A stretch of 64,000 nt of DNA from the NCBI GenBank assembly GCA_048013815.1, contig CM106586.1:14384001-14448000 (forward strand), read 5' to 3'. The notes below the pieces were generated by a model, which was not told where the DNA came from, did no database searches, and worked only from the letters and a program-made list of their open reading frames with translations. This stretch comes from Setoptus koraiensis. Its lineage: Eukaryota; Animalia; Arthropoda. The translations under genes and the position numbers were made by a program. Below are positions 21,901-29,034 of this stretch, piece by piece; the stretch's first letter is position 1, and every line of letters starts with the position of its first letter.

Positions 21901-23362
21901 TTTCATGATGATGGGCATGGTCCATGATGAACAACAATCGGCGACCATACTGGAAAGTGTTATGCAACATAATGAGACACAATTAGACGTGGATCTGGAT
22001 GATGAAGTGCCTGCGTCTATTTTAGCCAACTCCGACAATGATAATGGCAAGCATCATGCGGCCGAGGCGGGCGCTGAAGATGACGACGAAGACGAGGACT
22101 CTATGGAATGGGTGATAATGGAAGAGAAGTACTATTATTTGCAGCCGTTGTTGACATTTTTGGCTTGCGTGCATAGCCTATTTTCATTTTGTATGCTATT
22201 GGCCTATTATCATTTGAAAGTGCCATTGGTTATATTCAAGAGAGAAAAGGAGATAGCGAGAAAGCTGGAATTTGACGGAATTTACATTGCCGAGGAGCCC
22301 GACGACGAGGACTGGTGGAATGGGCATTGGGACAAGTTGGTGATAAGCGCAGAGAGTTTTCCCGTTAATTATTGGGACAAGTTTGTCAAGAAACGAGTAA
22401 GAGAAAAATACAGCCAACAATACGACTACGAATCGTTGTCAAATCTGTTGGGCATGGACAAGACTAGCTCTGTGGGCGGCGGCCAACAAAATTCTGGTAA
22501 ATTGACATCGGGCTCAAATTGGTTTTCGTGGTTCACAAAGGTAGATTGGCGCTACCAATTGTGGAAGGCCGGCGTGACGCTAACTGATCAGTCGTTCCAA
22601 TATCAGCTCCTATACCTGATATTCTCATTGGCCGGGCATGTGAATTATTTTTTCTTTGCCGCTCATCTATTGGACGTTGCAGTTGGCTTCAAGAAATTGC
22701 GCACCATCCTGCAATCTGTCACTCACAATGGTCGCCAATTGCTATTGACCGTTATGTTGCTCACTATAGTGGTCTACATTTACACAGTGATTGCATTTAA
22801 CTTCTTCAGAAAATTCTATGTTCAAGGTGACGATTCGCCCGATCAAAAGTGCCACAGTATGATGACCTGTTTCGTCTATCATCTCTACCAGGGTGTCAGG
22901 GCCGGCGGAGGCATAGGCGACGTGATTGAGGCACCCGACGGTGACGATTATGAAGTGTACAGGATTATATTTGATATTACATTTTTCTTCTTTGTTATAG
23001 TTATACTGTTGGCCATCATTCAGGGTTTGATAATTGATGCCTTTGGTGAGCTTCGTGATCAATTGCTCACCGTGGCCGCCGATATGGAAAGCAATTGTTT
23101 TATATGTGGCATAGGCAAGGACGTATTAGATAAGGTGCCTCGCGGATTTGATACTCATGTACAGAAGGAGCACAATCTAGCTAATTACATGTTCTTTTTG
23201 ATGCATCTTATCAACAAACCCGATACTGACTACACAGGCCAAGAGACTTATGTATGGGAATTATATCAGCGCCGTTGTTGGGATTTCTTTCCAGTGGGTG
23301 AATGTTTCCGTACACAATCAGAGGAAGAGAATGAAGCTGGCAAATCAGCTAAAAAGGATTAA
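3983..23362 (+). CDS. RyR: Ryanodine receptor, full length (6459 aa), single uninterrupted ORF
   Basis: N-terminus VCLAAEGFGNRHCFLE; MIR/RIH domains; SPRY domains; RyR repeats (KLAENMHELW, SEHFHDAWA); Ca2+ site LCEGHN, TESIQ and YTGQE; EF hands; S4-S5 AAHLLDVAVGF; pore GVRAGGGIGD (GGGIGD at 22904-22921); Zn site CFICG...HVQKEH; terminal WDFFPVGECF. Confidence 0.99.
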   Translation: MSENETASEQDDVSFIRTDDMVCLQCSETGERVCLAAEGFGNRHCFLESIANKNYPPEMPSCVFIIEQALSVRALQEMVTAETNDLEAPSNSTNPSSSNTGGSGNGTSGSGGEMTSAGEQLAEGGDLSSSNQQDASTTFSSPLAGKGGANDSGGGGNRTLLYGHAVLLRHLHSSMYLACLSICSSSDKLAFDVGLKEAKQVGESCWWTVHPASKQRSEGEKVRVGDDLILVSVATERYLHYSTNNNMIATQQQQQQQQQQQQQTTTTTTGQSAQQHHQQQQQHQHGPASSHTNNNSNEQQDQQPRLLLPGRNNKVAIVNASFHSTHWSIAPFGTGLSRMKNVGSVFGGQVLRLLHGGDECLTISASQQYSFNQLPGGGATDNIAQQQQQQSGGATGTAVVSQQQAAMAQAGAGAGSGAGAAVPPHNNAQQHQHITVIYEGGAVMNQARSLWRLDLIRTRWSGGFVQYGNALRIRHIITGKYLGVNSQQQLCLLSKSEALIERTAFCLRLTKDDNKSNKGSGDNGEDKDEEVIGVPMIKYGDSSFFIQHIDTQMWISYRTYETKKRGIGRVEEKQAILSAEGKMDDCLEFSRSQEEEAKTARVIRKCDALFNKFIKILDNLQHVASSNANRQQQQQQQQQQQLQQQNQSATTGQQHQQSDSAGQDWHQPSASQLMKKRPSVAAVMAAAAYAGITPAGASSPLLSNMMDTMDHSQASTSSTLDASQRQQQQFAYQREAFQDAMFTSEDQKEMSKCLEDLIDYFAQPEEGCDHEQEQNRLRALRNRQDLFQEEGILNLILDAIDKINLISGQGLLILLLGEESSSSWDNITGYFYQLLAAIIRDNHTNCAQFAQSHRLDWLFSRLSSQQVSEGTGMLDVLHCVLVDSPEALNMLKESHIKVLISLLEKHGRDPKVLSVLCSLCVGNGVAIRSSQNIITNHLLPSRNLLLQTRLVDHVASMRPNIYVAKVDHSAMYHRWYYEVIVDHIELVNNLSPHFRIGWASTKGYCPYPGSGTHWGANGVGDDFYSFSFDGQYLWTAGRPTLVRIPPAATMTKNETINMMNQPQNQYNQYDLYASYNNQQPQSLLEDYANQQQQQVSVSATTAQTSENAQSIVAGLTSTANIDPFKTSPYLRLRKNDVIGCMIDLSVPSMQFTVNGKQIFGFFKNFNVSSGGLFYPVVSFSAKVSCRYLFGGDQGELMFRPPTGYSPLVDALMPDYKVIVEPCFMFGDLGKQIISGPLTTPDSSQQALMDLIFVPQVVDTNEVEMHPSLDTLGDKLAENMHELWSMSRIEDGWIYGEEHDEQSRQHPFLATLSSLPNPAKKYKLDLAKQTLKTILGLGYKISTSIQNSSDGRSKHNSSRVKTYRLPDIPYKQISGYKPAPLDLTGFELTPRMNHLVELLAENIHNIWASEKISLKWTYKRRDIDEDPNSGRSSHLLPYKYVDEDIKMRNRQTAMETVFTILAYGYHIEPLAGTGSLEGRTSTGSQSQDGQNLGPSSVGNSSPLPTALTPGGHHTPSPIPQKSMLDRLSASTPLASSGYEDILSNANSAGFRHYRAEKTYAVHNGKWYYEVEISTIGHIQIGWANLNFQPYVDNLGCDDNSWAFDCHIGRKVHASNYESFGQIACVGDIIGCMLDLNDRTISYSLNGKLMLDSFGNEMAFSSMDLSTPTDHQQSSFVPAISLDVGQRVRLAFGQDVDTLKYFTDYGLQEGYQPFCVNMHRPITLWYNKKEPMFINIDDLDLNEVNIDVNRIPPGSDSPPALKIAYKQFESQERASWEYLRLSLPVTIDAELIDEADKLARLQEIQAHRLRMVYSNLSTTAANRGGTRGAHGDPLVGMRHPARLEQHMLQSGFSMADVKDLQRAYSENQDSASPGTADTATSGGLMHGSSSRQQLKQRSSSADRRQHLTKTKSVDESGSSSRNVSPSLAVPSFGEAQKLMMSNSAAQSGSHLSHGDQHQADQSQLGRSMKPSLSNRRNTGFTLLGGRSSTSLENLANSHNMNRANSPNQFGQINSKNQPARSKSPFKSIFTSIKHKSGIGGHESGFSGSSAQQQLYGRGRAQEVGDTRLTVPKISVQNDQTTMSTGLNRSGSYSNLIGTNTAAQTTGSHQANRKQSANMSSGGDSSGLGIVRRLSRAGLASLSPGGSKSSQAQQQQSLQQSPLTVSNSNTLSFLNTLDLQQLDPITLNMIDEYYYGVRIFPGQDPNYVLCGWVTSNFKHHSLQDPRDVQHTQIVQTTSLMTSQAEICERRDCYVLNAGQLYKELNPEIDGSTNEGEGSSSSRSNRGMIIGCLVDVATGILSFTVDNKMTQYKVNLEPQTRLYPAIFFQATTRDCLQFELSRTNMTLPLSAAILRLTEKHLQPQCPPRLKVQTLRSCSWARVPNVSLKPNAMKLSDIRGWSMLVDDPLSMLAVHIPEENRCVDVLELIEHDKLLRFHSNTLILYGALCAQGNHKVAHIICSHVDQRQSIYAINSDYMPGSLRRGFADLLIALHLEFHAYGRHLTQNEFIVPTTSELNELYRDDYSGRSATMSLTHSFSRIECVSIRADMKMSPIGFDLTLIDPLGGANSIKSLSTPYFPVNILKSLVFQALDEAVLKGNLPIRDLPGGSNENLFVPLLKLADKLLLIGCVDNKELGRLLNLIDPETFDKQLLARVANQRTKQSYSSNLGDVQTIKSSSALTFLSIGANTPSSIWKPTILQQQMSSHVPRKGLLQMKQLDEQVKLVICHILQHLLDIQLRHRIESIIAFSVNLVGQLQQDQRRRYDEIKQSNLPSHVTAKKTREFRCTPKEQMRYILNFKNADDDNQDSCPSSDDLKTRLRGLHSSMMRQIKVILESENEGDDDPTSSGKSDSGDSGIDVMDDRALDRGADASYAKRRIADSQFDYDQIGGQEAQAKKKSGLFSSLRKLRSVIKLVEKAMSPGADFGDMIDLDSDMMHLGQTGLIAMSHQAEIKFVKQIVRTMIKWAQESTIESKQLIRQMFHLLLRCYNGVGELIEALNNSYVIGEKSKNDVVELLQVLGKVRALLAVQMGPSEEEVMRDCLWTLVNNVVFFQHPDLIRILRVHENVMHVMMNTLSKRSRAAQSAVSSAVAPDNQQHQRQQRVQSVSGPIVNVLGATATLEVNEDDQQDDISKMVVSCCRFLCFFCRSSAKNQKAMFEHLGFLLENSNILLSRPSLRGSTPLDVAYSSLMENHELVLALRESYLEKIAIYLSRCGLQSNQELMDKGYPDVGWDPVEGERYLDFLRFCVWVNGESVEENSNLVIRLLIRRPECLGPALRGEGPGLLAAIKEAIAMSDSIQSERRETSIMNAAHTAQAQTTGDDVGQDGNQDDEDYINLGSAILNFYCALVDLLGRCAPELSTIAQGKHESIRARSILKSLVPLQDLKGAISLKFSLVNPQYASNQDQAILSFSSSFMPNHKQSLVLFLERVYGIENQETFFSLLEEGFLPDMRAATMLERCVASGVSASDATNHFASESAQAKGDTSGGDDNDDSPENEMTLALNRYLGNSAIPLLIKESHYFKNAQNYANLMEPTLHTVYRLSKVKILTKGQRESVSDFLVALTREMQPSQLLKLLRKLTVDVSVLNESTTVALRLLTLHYERCSKYYGYSGSAQASASGVYGTASEEERRLTMVLFTNIFDSLSRMDYDPELFENALPCLNAIACALPPDYTLTQSKDSDGQTGGGKLGSGFSANTSQSHSQAQQAASNSGAMSVGPYIPDPVDTRHVQLNNDLRQLAQRFSEHFHDAWASRKFDRDWSYGESYNWDHKTHPRLRPYSLLTHREKERYIEPIEEALKALLSMGWNIDRQQEQQASNSSNSSQQQQQQLHSSASSSTLSRSLSLRANDNTSSSTQQQQELIQNYNPQPVDTSNLSLTRELQNLAERSSENAHDLWAKKIIEDNELKQRNSSNSPIFLLHPQMVPYDLLTDKEKRKNRMRSQELLKFMLFEGYKIYKLDEQQQHQLQQQQYQRGRINSRAGSEYNYNLLEGQQTQASKRRRFAYSILEKLISYTDTVIVKLELLKPSSNFSRRSSFKQSDRDVKFFSKVVLPLIERYFTAHREFFLVYNGIASQSGGPSSGGAASGVTGGPAGSSPSNVSPTNVGAVKDSANAETAVNEAIPSARGGGCASISEKEMLATLFCKLASILRNKLSVIGPDAKILVRCLQVLTRATDGRSLSEQSPDFVKTSMLTFFSKTAQDLTQCVSNLQMKRYNYVRGTTMRTSTSLYYIHLCVLPTLTALFDHLATSEFGRYLLLDDIQIACHKILFSLYTLGTKISLAGDHSYSQRELERHRPAYGNCLAAFASAFPIAFLEMELSRFNRYSCNNSKIHRSMVDTPAATLSPARAASGSETGQKLSSSGLASSEPVAGPQSNVSAQMLPKFAELMSLINKFVTSGKLPRSNITARSSTSGVPGGQSGLSSNSKGGQSALLVDNDAAIVDVVVPMLCSYLPFWYFQGPESQSASSLVGAGSGSTNVCSNHLNDLAKNVIDLIKRQVGIDDGIGSNWMVTIAAHASQIIVDTREDPLLTESILPLSTKITQRAEAIYHREELMRGYLKSAAEDTTAIEEKIQEEFHVLVRDIYAFYPLLIKYADYKRSKWLKQRTSGAQASAYIDSAGNSDGEMHQINANEPMDTGDGRRNSRNGGPEQLLFQHVATIFDIWSNSQYFRREEQNFISQHEIDNMALIMPSSNRPGRIFFQKSDPLQIQNTNKRKNKRRASEKKDRDKEIASSLLVVALKRLLPVGMSLFAGRERELVQHTKERFLKKEPYSSIYDFVKIQLILPNQVDPSDEFCWQHYLYSRLGGLESSGPNQTASGMALKAGPDSHKSLSLANQSSSNSYGDGSDYDSLPSGGPDDRVIGRIIDMARVFYGLHIIDHPNLQQKASRRSCVSTQRRRVVIACFRMTSLHSLPKHRAINTFLKSYCETWLVEENYGQEKLIEDLTHTFEQAEQKKVNEEIVEYRHDPLNQLITTLSRQATTEHGGSSASGRAGNNGVDQLYMQFADIFRASCGGDEEEDDDGQGDESGGSGGGGGSGGTTDDAGNGADGDEDDNPRENGSDAAASTLSIHEQEIEKQRLLFQQSRLADRGVAEMILLYISAYSRYQSGAGSGGASNSNQHRTPEILNTLKLGISILRGGNTEVQRRMLKHLKDKKDVGFFISIQSLMNSCSVLDLDAFERNQKAEALGVRSEGTASEKNMHDAELTCKLFRFFQLLCEGHNLEFQNYLRTQAGNTTTVNVVISTVDYLLRLQESIMDFYWHYSSKDVIDPSGTENFIKAITIAKQVFNTLTESIQGPCSQNQQALAHSRLWHAVGGFLFLFAHMQDKLSRNSSQLGLLIELLDLQKEMVIMMLSMLEGNVVNGTIGKQMLDLLVEASANVEIILKFFDMFLKLPRLTSSANFQEYDKTGSGWISAPDLKKAMEQHKIYTPEETQYLLSCCEPNHDGMIDYREFIDRFHQPVKDIGFNLAVLLTNLAEHMTNEPRLQRFLETASTVLNYFEPYLGRIEIMGSSKRIERVYFEIKESTINQWGKPQIQESKRAFFYSIVTEGDGKEKLEAFVNFCEDTIFEMQHASNILGEEEEEAPTKAKEYPFAGGSTAPVDAANSVGGGSKEGSIGRTCWSLFKNGVILLFTFIINILSQLQPSRIRRRYYMLRSMTYAQLLAGFFKLLFRMMAFCVRSSFYSTYATLRFIFHIMVNDSTVVNNSPIQDQQSGRYGQLRKPHTDYSGQIAGQQRAMASAGASAGTSSTMMGLGGYDNDTNLKGGATVNGSSGPATLDQISTDGTFRREIITEPTVMKVSATEVTQTTTGHLAASQQVGISSMASGVAGEDGELAMQAGQVPVSLDINRNKQQEAEASSSGGSYMDILLSKPVPTSGQLVDESQMLEYMNSNQSPIITNGDVTPGDATNGARGPTFIRASQLFCYNQKIISFLARNFYRIKLLALVTAFVINFILLFYKVSTSSVPWQDNGGLATDSDFMMMGMVHDEQQSATILESVMQHNETQLDVDLDDEVPASILANSDNDNGKHHAAEAGAEDDDEDEDSMEWVIMEEKYYYLQPLLTFLACVHSLFSFCMLLAYYHLKVPLVIFKREKEIARKLEFDGIYIAEEPDDEDWWNGHWDKLVISAESFPVNYWDKFVKKRVREKYSQQYDYESLSNLLGMDKTSSVGGGQQNSGKLTSGSNWFSWFTKVDWRYQLWKAGVTLTDQSFQYQLLYLIFSLAGHVNYFFFAAHLLDVAVGFKKLRTILQSVTHNGRQLLLTVMLLTIVVYIYTVIAFNFFRKFYVQGDDSPDQKCHSMMTCFVYHLYQGVRAGGGIGDVIEAPDGDDYEVYRIIFDITFFFFVIVILLAIIQGLIIDAFGELRDQLLTVAADMESNCFICGIGKDVLDKVPRGFDTHVQKEHNLANYMFFLMHLINKPDTDYTGQETYVWELYQRRCWDFFPVGECFRTQSEEENEAGKSAKKD

Positions 23363-23455
23363 AACAACAATTATAGAACAAAGCAATCAAGTAATGAATA
23401 TTCTGATTATAATAATCATGATTCTAGTTGTATAAAATATAAATAATATAGTTGT

Positions 23456-23461
23456 AATAAA
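23456..23461 (+). terminator. Candidate polyadenylation signal of RyR
   Basis: AATAAA about 94 nt after the RyR stop, in AT-rich context. Confidence 0.45.
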
Positions 23462-24746
23462 GAGCATACATGTAGCATGCTGTGGTTTTCAAACAGACAA
23501 TATTCAGCCGTATATTTTTCATACGATATGAGCGTGATCTCGTCATATCGTGCTCGTGTTCTGCTGGATTGGATTGCTTCAAGGCAAACAAGTGCCACAT
23601 ATAATCTAGTGGTATTCAGAGACACAGTCTCTGTTGATGTCGAGAAATGATGAACGTGAAAGAGAAATAAAAAGTGGCTATGAAGCTCGCCAGAAAGAAA
23701 TAAATCCAAGTTCGCACATTATGTAATCATGAGCACCTTGGAATGCCACGGGGTTTCGGATGTCGCCGACGGGTTGATCTGCGAATCGCGTGCGTGAAAC
23801 AATTAGTGACGACCAAAGCACGTGAATTATTGGCGTTTAAATTATTAATGACATTGAGCAAGCAATTTAATAACCGGTTGACTGCTGGATCGAGCCACCG
23901 GAGTATAGATGTCGCCTAAGTGCCTATTGGCCGCATCTGTTCGTGATTACAACTAGAGATTTTCTATCTGACAATCTATTATTTATATTAGTGTTATCCG
24001 CAACTAGGAATGGCAGTTGGTATTTATATTGTGTTCACTGGCTAGACAAAAAACGAGAAATATAAAAAGCGTTAACTGCTGTGTGTCTTATGAAAACAAC
24101 GACGCGTTGTACAATTGAAATATTTGTCGCTCGGATTTAATGCAAAATCGAGTAAACTCTAGATTCTGAGACTAGCGAGTAAAACTATGCAAATACGAAG
24201 CACTTGTTCCATTCAGAAGCGTCGTCATCTCGCTCAGTTGTTGCCTTTTGCTAGCGAAGTTGCTGCAAAAATTGCAATATACACAAAGAACTGTCTGTTA
24301 CATACGCTATTTAAATGAGGACTATTTATAGATCAATCCATCTATTCCAATTGAGAACTCTCTTCCTTTCTCTCGCGTCGCGCCACATTCTAATATTAAT
24401 AATATAATGCCCCAATAATAATACACACACACACGCACATATATATATATATATATATATATAAATAATATGATAGTGACTTGAGATTGAATCCTTCATC
24501 CCTTTGAGTATGTCATGCGATACTGTTATATTGCCGTTGAGTGCTGCTTCGTTTCGCTAGCTAGCTCGGCGCACACCAGAGCCAGCAGCCAGTCTGAATG
24601 CTGTAGTGTAAGCAATCACCGTTAGCAGCGGCAGCGTTTATTAGCAGTATGGTAAAAATGTGTTAGTAATTAGTTTAAATTGACAAGTGAATGTTACAAC
24701 TCAACATTGATGTGCAGTAAATTAAACATGGCGAAAAAGGGCCACC

Positions 24747-24955
24747 ATGTCGACATCAATCTGGAGGTACTCGGCTCTCGAACGATGAGATATGATTAAC
24801 TGGGCTCCTTTGCGCCCATACACAGAAATCTTCTCTGTCTCTCTGACAGGATTGAGATTTGTTGGCTTACTTTTGTCGATACACTGGCATGCATGAGTGG
24901 CGTTTGTGTTTGTGCATTAACAATTAAGGTCGACAGCTATGTTGGTAATAAATAA
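24747..24955 (+). CDS. Candidate 41-aa two-exon micropeptide, or first exons of a downstream gene; join(24747..24766,24850..24955)
   Basis: Perfect Kozak GCCACCATG; 83-nt GT..AG intron with pyrimidine tract (cttctctgtctctctgacag); spliced frame open; AATAAA at the stop. No homology recognised. Confidence 0.2.
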
Positions 24956-27900
24956 ACTACTACATGATCTCTTATTTTGTATGAGCACATGAGTTTAAGT
25001 TGTAAAAATAGTGAGATTCTCGGAATTTTTGCGCTCGATTGTCTGTTGTGGGCAAAAAGGATAAATATAGCTAGCGAGTCCATTGACTCTTGTTTCTCGA
25101 TTGGCCCCACTGCTGCAGCGACGATACACGCCGCATGGCGATGCCAACAGACTACATTGGCCGCATAAAAGACAATTTGAATTCACTTTTAGTATTGTTC
25201 GTCGATGCTCCAGTTTGTGCCCGATGTCTGTGTGTGTCGGTGCACGAACTTACATAATAATGTAAACCGTAATGATGTATACAGTTATCCGGTCGCGTTG
25301 GGCCGAGCTCCGGCGAGAGATCCGCCAACCAGTTCATTGGCATGCACAACATGAGCCGGATATTCTCAAATTGAGACACCAACCGACAGCGCCGATCGAC
25401 TCAATGCGCACGTCCCAGCGTAACAGGTATCGGCAATACTCTCGGCCCGATACTTTACTGATGACAAAATGACGTTTCTACGCCCCACCAGTGAGCTACT
25501 GGCACAAAATGACGTGATCCCGTGATACGCATGTGAGGCATGTAGACGATGGCAGATGGGCTGGGGCGTCGTTGACATGGTCGCAAAAGAGAGTGTTGTC
25601 GCTGTTGTTGTTGGTGTCTCGCAACAACAACAACAACAATAATAATAAGATTATTCGGATTGGCATAATCAATCTAACTTGATGAATGATGCACACGAAC
25701 GTTTGCGCAATTAGAAAATTTTTGTCACGATACACAAACAGTGACTTAATGAAAGCGAGCGAACAATTTCGTCGTATAACCCAATGTAATTTGCTGAATT
25801 AAACAGTTGTTATAGTGGCAAACTGGCATTTGCTCGTATTTATTTAAAGAGCAGCCATGGATACCACCGCAACAGTGACAGCAGTGACTTTGGCTGCTGC
25901 CTGCGAATGGCGTGTCGCTTGCCACTTTTGCGTATTGAGCCAACACGTAATTATATATTCAAAATGTATTCCACGAATTTGTTGAATGTGAATATAATTT
26001 TGCTGTTGTGATGCCGCTTGCATGACGCGCATTCACAAAATTAGTAACTGGTAGTGTAGTGAGGCTCTCTGAAATAGATCATTCCATTGTTGGATGTGAG
26101 GTCTGCAGATGCGAGCATCGCTGGCGCGTTTTTAACTGTCTCACTCCAGTGTTGGCTGTTTAGCTGTGGCTGACAGTGTGTTGTGGTGTGCTGGTAGAGA
26201 TGAAGGGTACAAGTACAAGTTTTGTTTGTATCTATTACTGTCATATATGTCGTTAATGGTTCATTGTCATGAACAGCAACGACAACAGCGCCAACAGCGT
26301 CGACGAGAGCTGAGCCTCGCTGAGCCGAGCCTAGCCCAGCTAGCGAACTGAGCCGAATTAGACAGGGGAATCCATGTTGAGAGCAGCGACAATTGTCAAT
26401 TGTGTGTAGCATTGAGCGCAATCATGAGACCATGGCGGAAATGACACACACACACACACACAGCTAACTAGATCCTGAGTTAGTTAGTGAGGCGAAAGTC
26501 GCGACTTATGAGTTGCCAGAACAATAAATATGTATTCAATGATGAGGAAGAGCAAACATTGTCAAGTTTGACAAGACCCGCAGTTTGGGGCACAAAGAAC
26601 GCACTGGCACTGGCACTAAATGAACGATGGTGGTAAACATGTCAGAGGCCCGAGTGTGGCATTGAATTCTTGCCGAATTCCTTGCCGCGTAGAGGGGGTG
26701 GGGGCTGGAAGCGTTGCATGTTAGGCGTCTGTCGGGGGCATCATCTAAGTGTCTGTCAATGCCTGACCAACGTTAATTAATTAAGTGATTGAACGAGTGC
26801 CCGTTGTTCGATGATGATTGATTGGTCCGCAACTCGTGCGTGCAGTGCACAAGTATAGCAAATGAATGACGTTACCGTAGGCGTAGAGGTACCGAGATTT
26901 GGATGAGTCAATCAGTTTTGCAGCGCGCGTGGATACTGTGCAACGGCGCCAATTGATCAGCTTGAATAGATCATCAGCGCTTGGCTCATATTTGCAAATT
27001 GCAACACTTTTCCAGCCAGCCAATATCACCGCAAGCGATGCATGAAGAGGCAAGGCAATGTTGGCGAACAACAAATTCTGCCATTATTGTCGCAATGTTA
27101 CCGTTTGTATTAATATAAATTGTACATTGTTGTTCGTTGGCCTTTGCGTAACGCACTCGCACTCTGCACTTGTCTCGACGTTGAGTCACGAGACGGAGAT
27201 GACAGCAACAATATTTACAATAAAATGATATGATCACGATGATAGACACGAAGTGTGTCTAGTGACTTGTGTGTGCGACTATATGCGACCACGACTCCGA
27301 CTCCGACGACGACAACGAATTTCGCCTGAGCTCACACCAAATAGCTCACAACGGCTTGCGAGCGATTCGGCGAGCGACAAAGAATCGAGAAGTGAGCGGG
27401 TGGCGGCGCAAACATGCAAATAGCAGCGGCGGCGGCAGCGGCAGCAGCATCTCGGTTGCATGTTTCAAACGGATTGCATCAGCTGAGCAAATAATAATGA
27501 TCGTTTTTGGCGTCGAAACAACAACAACGCCAACAACAGCCGACAACGGGAGCACATAATACTGATTAACACTTTGTTGCCGCCGAACGATGCCGTGTCT
27601 GGCGTGTCGCAATTGTTGTTGATGCTGTTGCTGTTGTTGTTGTCGTTGCAGAAATATCACAGAATTATCACTGCATGCAAACCAGTTGCGAGCCAGCTGG
27701 CTGGAACGAGACACTGCAAAGCGAGCGAGCGAGCGGGCGACCAACAAAGTTTGCAAAGTCTAAAAAACTTGCGCTTGCCACCATTACGTAGCTTGACTGT
27801 AGAAAACAGAATTATATATCGCACAATTATATTGTGCTCGCCTTATGTGTTGTGTCGAGTGTGCGCCAGTGTGGCAAGCTAGCTGTGGCAAGCCAACAGC

Positions 27901-28980
27901 CGGAGAGTATTGCGTTCAAGGCGACTAGGCCCATGTGCTGGTGGGACCCCTTTGCTGTGGCGTATGTCTGTTGAGTGTGTCGGCGCTCGGCAAACGAGTG
28001 AAAGGACCTTCAAAATGTGACGTAATCAGGGTACATTGAGTTATTATTTTGTTTGTTTGTCTCGTTGTTGGTGGCACCACTCCACTACACAGCACTTACG
28101 CTTGCTTTGTTGGAGTTGCAAGTTGGCTGTCGTGCGCAATCTCAAAACTGGAGCACTCACTTGCTTGCTTTGTGCAAGGCAAAAGAGCAAGAGAGGAGCT
28201 CAAGACGGATAATATCTCTCGCTGCCGGCGTAAATGAGATACTGCTATGGGATTATATGGATGCATATGCAAAAGAACTGTTGCGCTAAAATGGGCCAAG
28301 CCGGCCCGCCCCCGTCCGCCGCAGGCATGACATAATTCCTCGGCCACTCTTTCTATGGATCATTCCCAATTTTCTCGCAACTGAAAAGTTGTAAAGTTTC
28401 TTTCGTTAGTCCCACTATATCTATGGGTATAAATACATTTTCGCTTGCGCACTCTACTACACAGTACGCCAACACGGCTTACTTGTTCGTGGTGCGCAAT
28501 GGCTTGTGTTCGCCGCTCGTCATTGCGCCGCTGCTTTCGATTGATTTACAATCCGCCAATACAGTATCGGCGATACTTGCATAATGGCGCAATGCAACAA
28601 TGATTGCCTAACAATATTTGTTTATTATTGCCAATGGGCTGCAAAATCGATAAAGGTCGACCTTTGGGGCTTTTCAATAACAACGATAATATCATAATTT
28701 TCAATAATCGAACCATCGGCAGCCATTTGTCGCAATGTGATTTACTGATGATTGGCACGGTGATTCACGTTTGTAGACAACAGATTGTAGTGCCATTCGC
28801 ATCCACGGCAAGCTCGAGCAACGCGCCAATGCGAACGGTCTTGAAAAAGCCCGCATGCTTCGTAGGCCACACAGCTAGCCAACGACTGACAACGCAGTTG
28901 TGAGACTATTCGATGCGCCATGCGGCGCGCCTGGGCCAGACATCTCAATTCGGCTGTTCGGCGTGCAACTTGAGCCGCAC

Positions 28981-29034
28981 GCATATTCACATACACGCAT
29001 ATTCACATACACGCATATTCACATACACGCATAT
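28981..29034. repeat. 16-nt tandem repeat GCATATTCACATACAC x3.4
   Basis: Direct inspection; copies are perfect. Confidence 0.9.

Noticed and set aside
4144-23435. Dozens of 60-190-aa ORFs overlapping RyR, and similar ones over Piwi, TBC and RasGEF
   Set aside because: Shadow frames of long coding sequence and CAG/CAA repeats; no motifs.
23363-23446. Stop-codon readthrough extension of RyR
   Set aside because: The stop is TAA-A (a non-leaky context) and the 27-codon open stretch is expected by chance.
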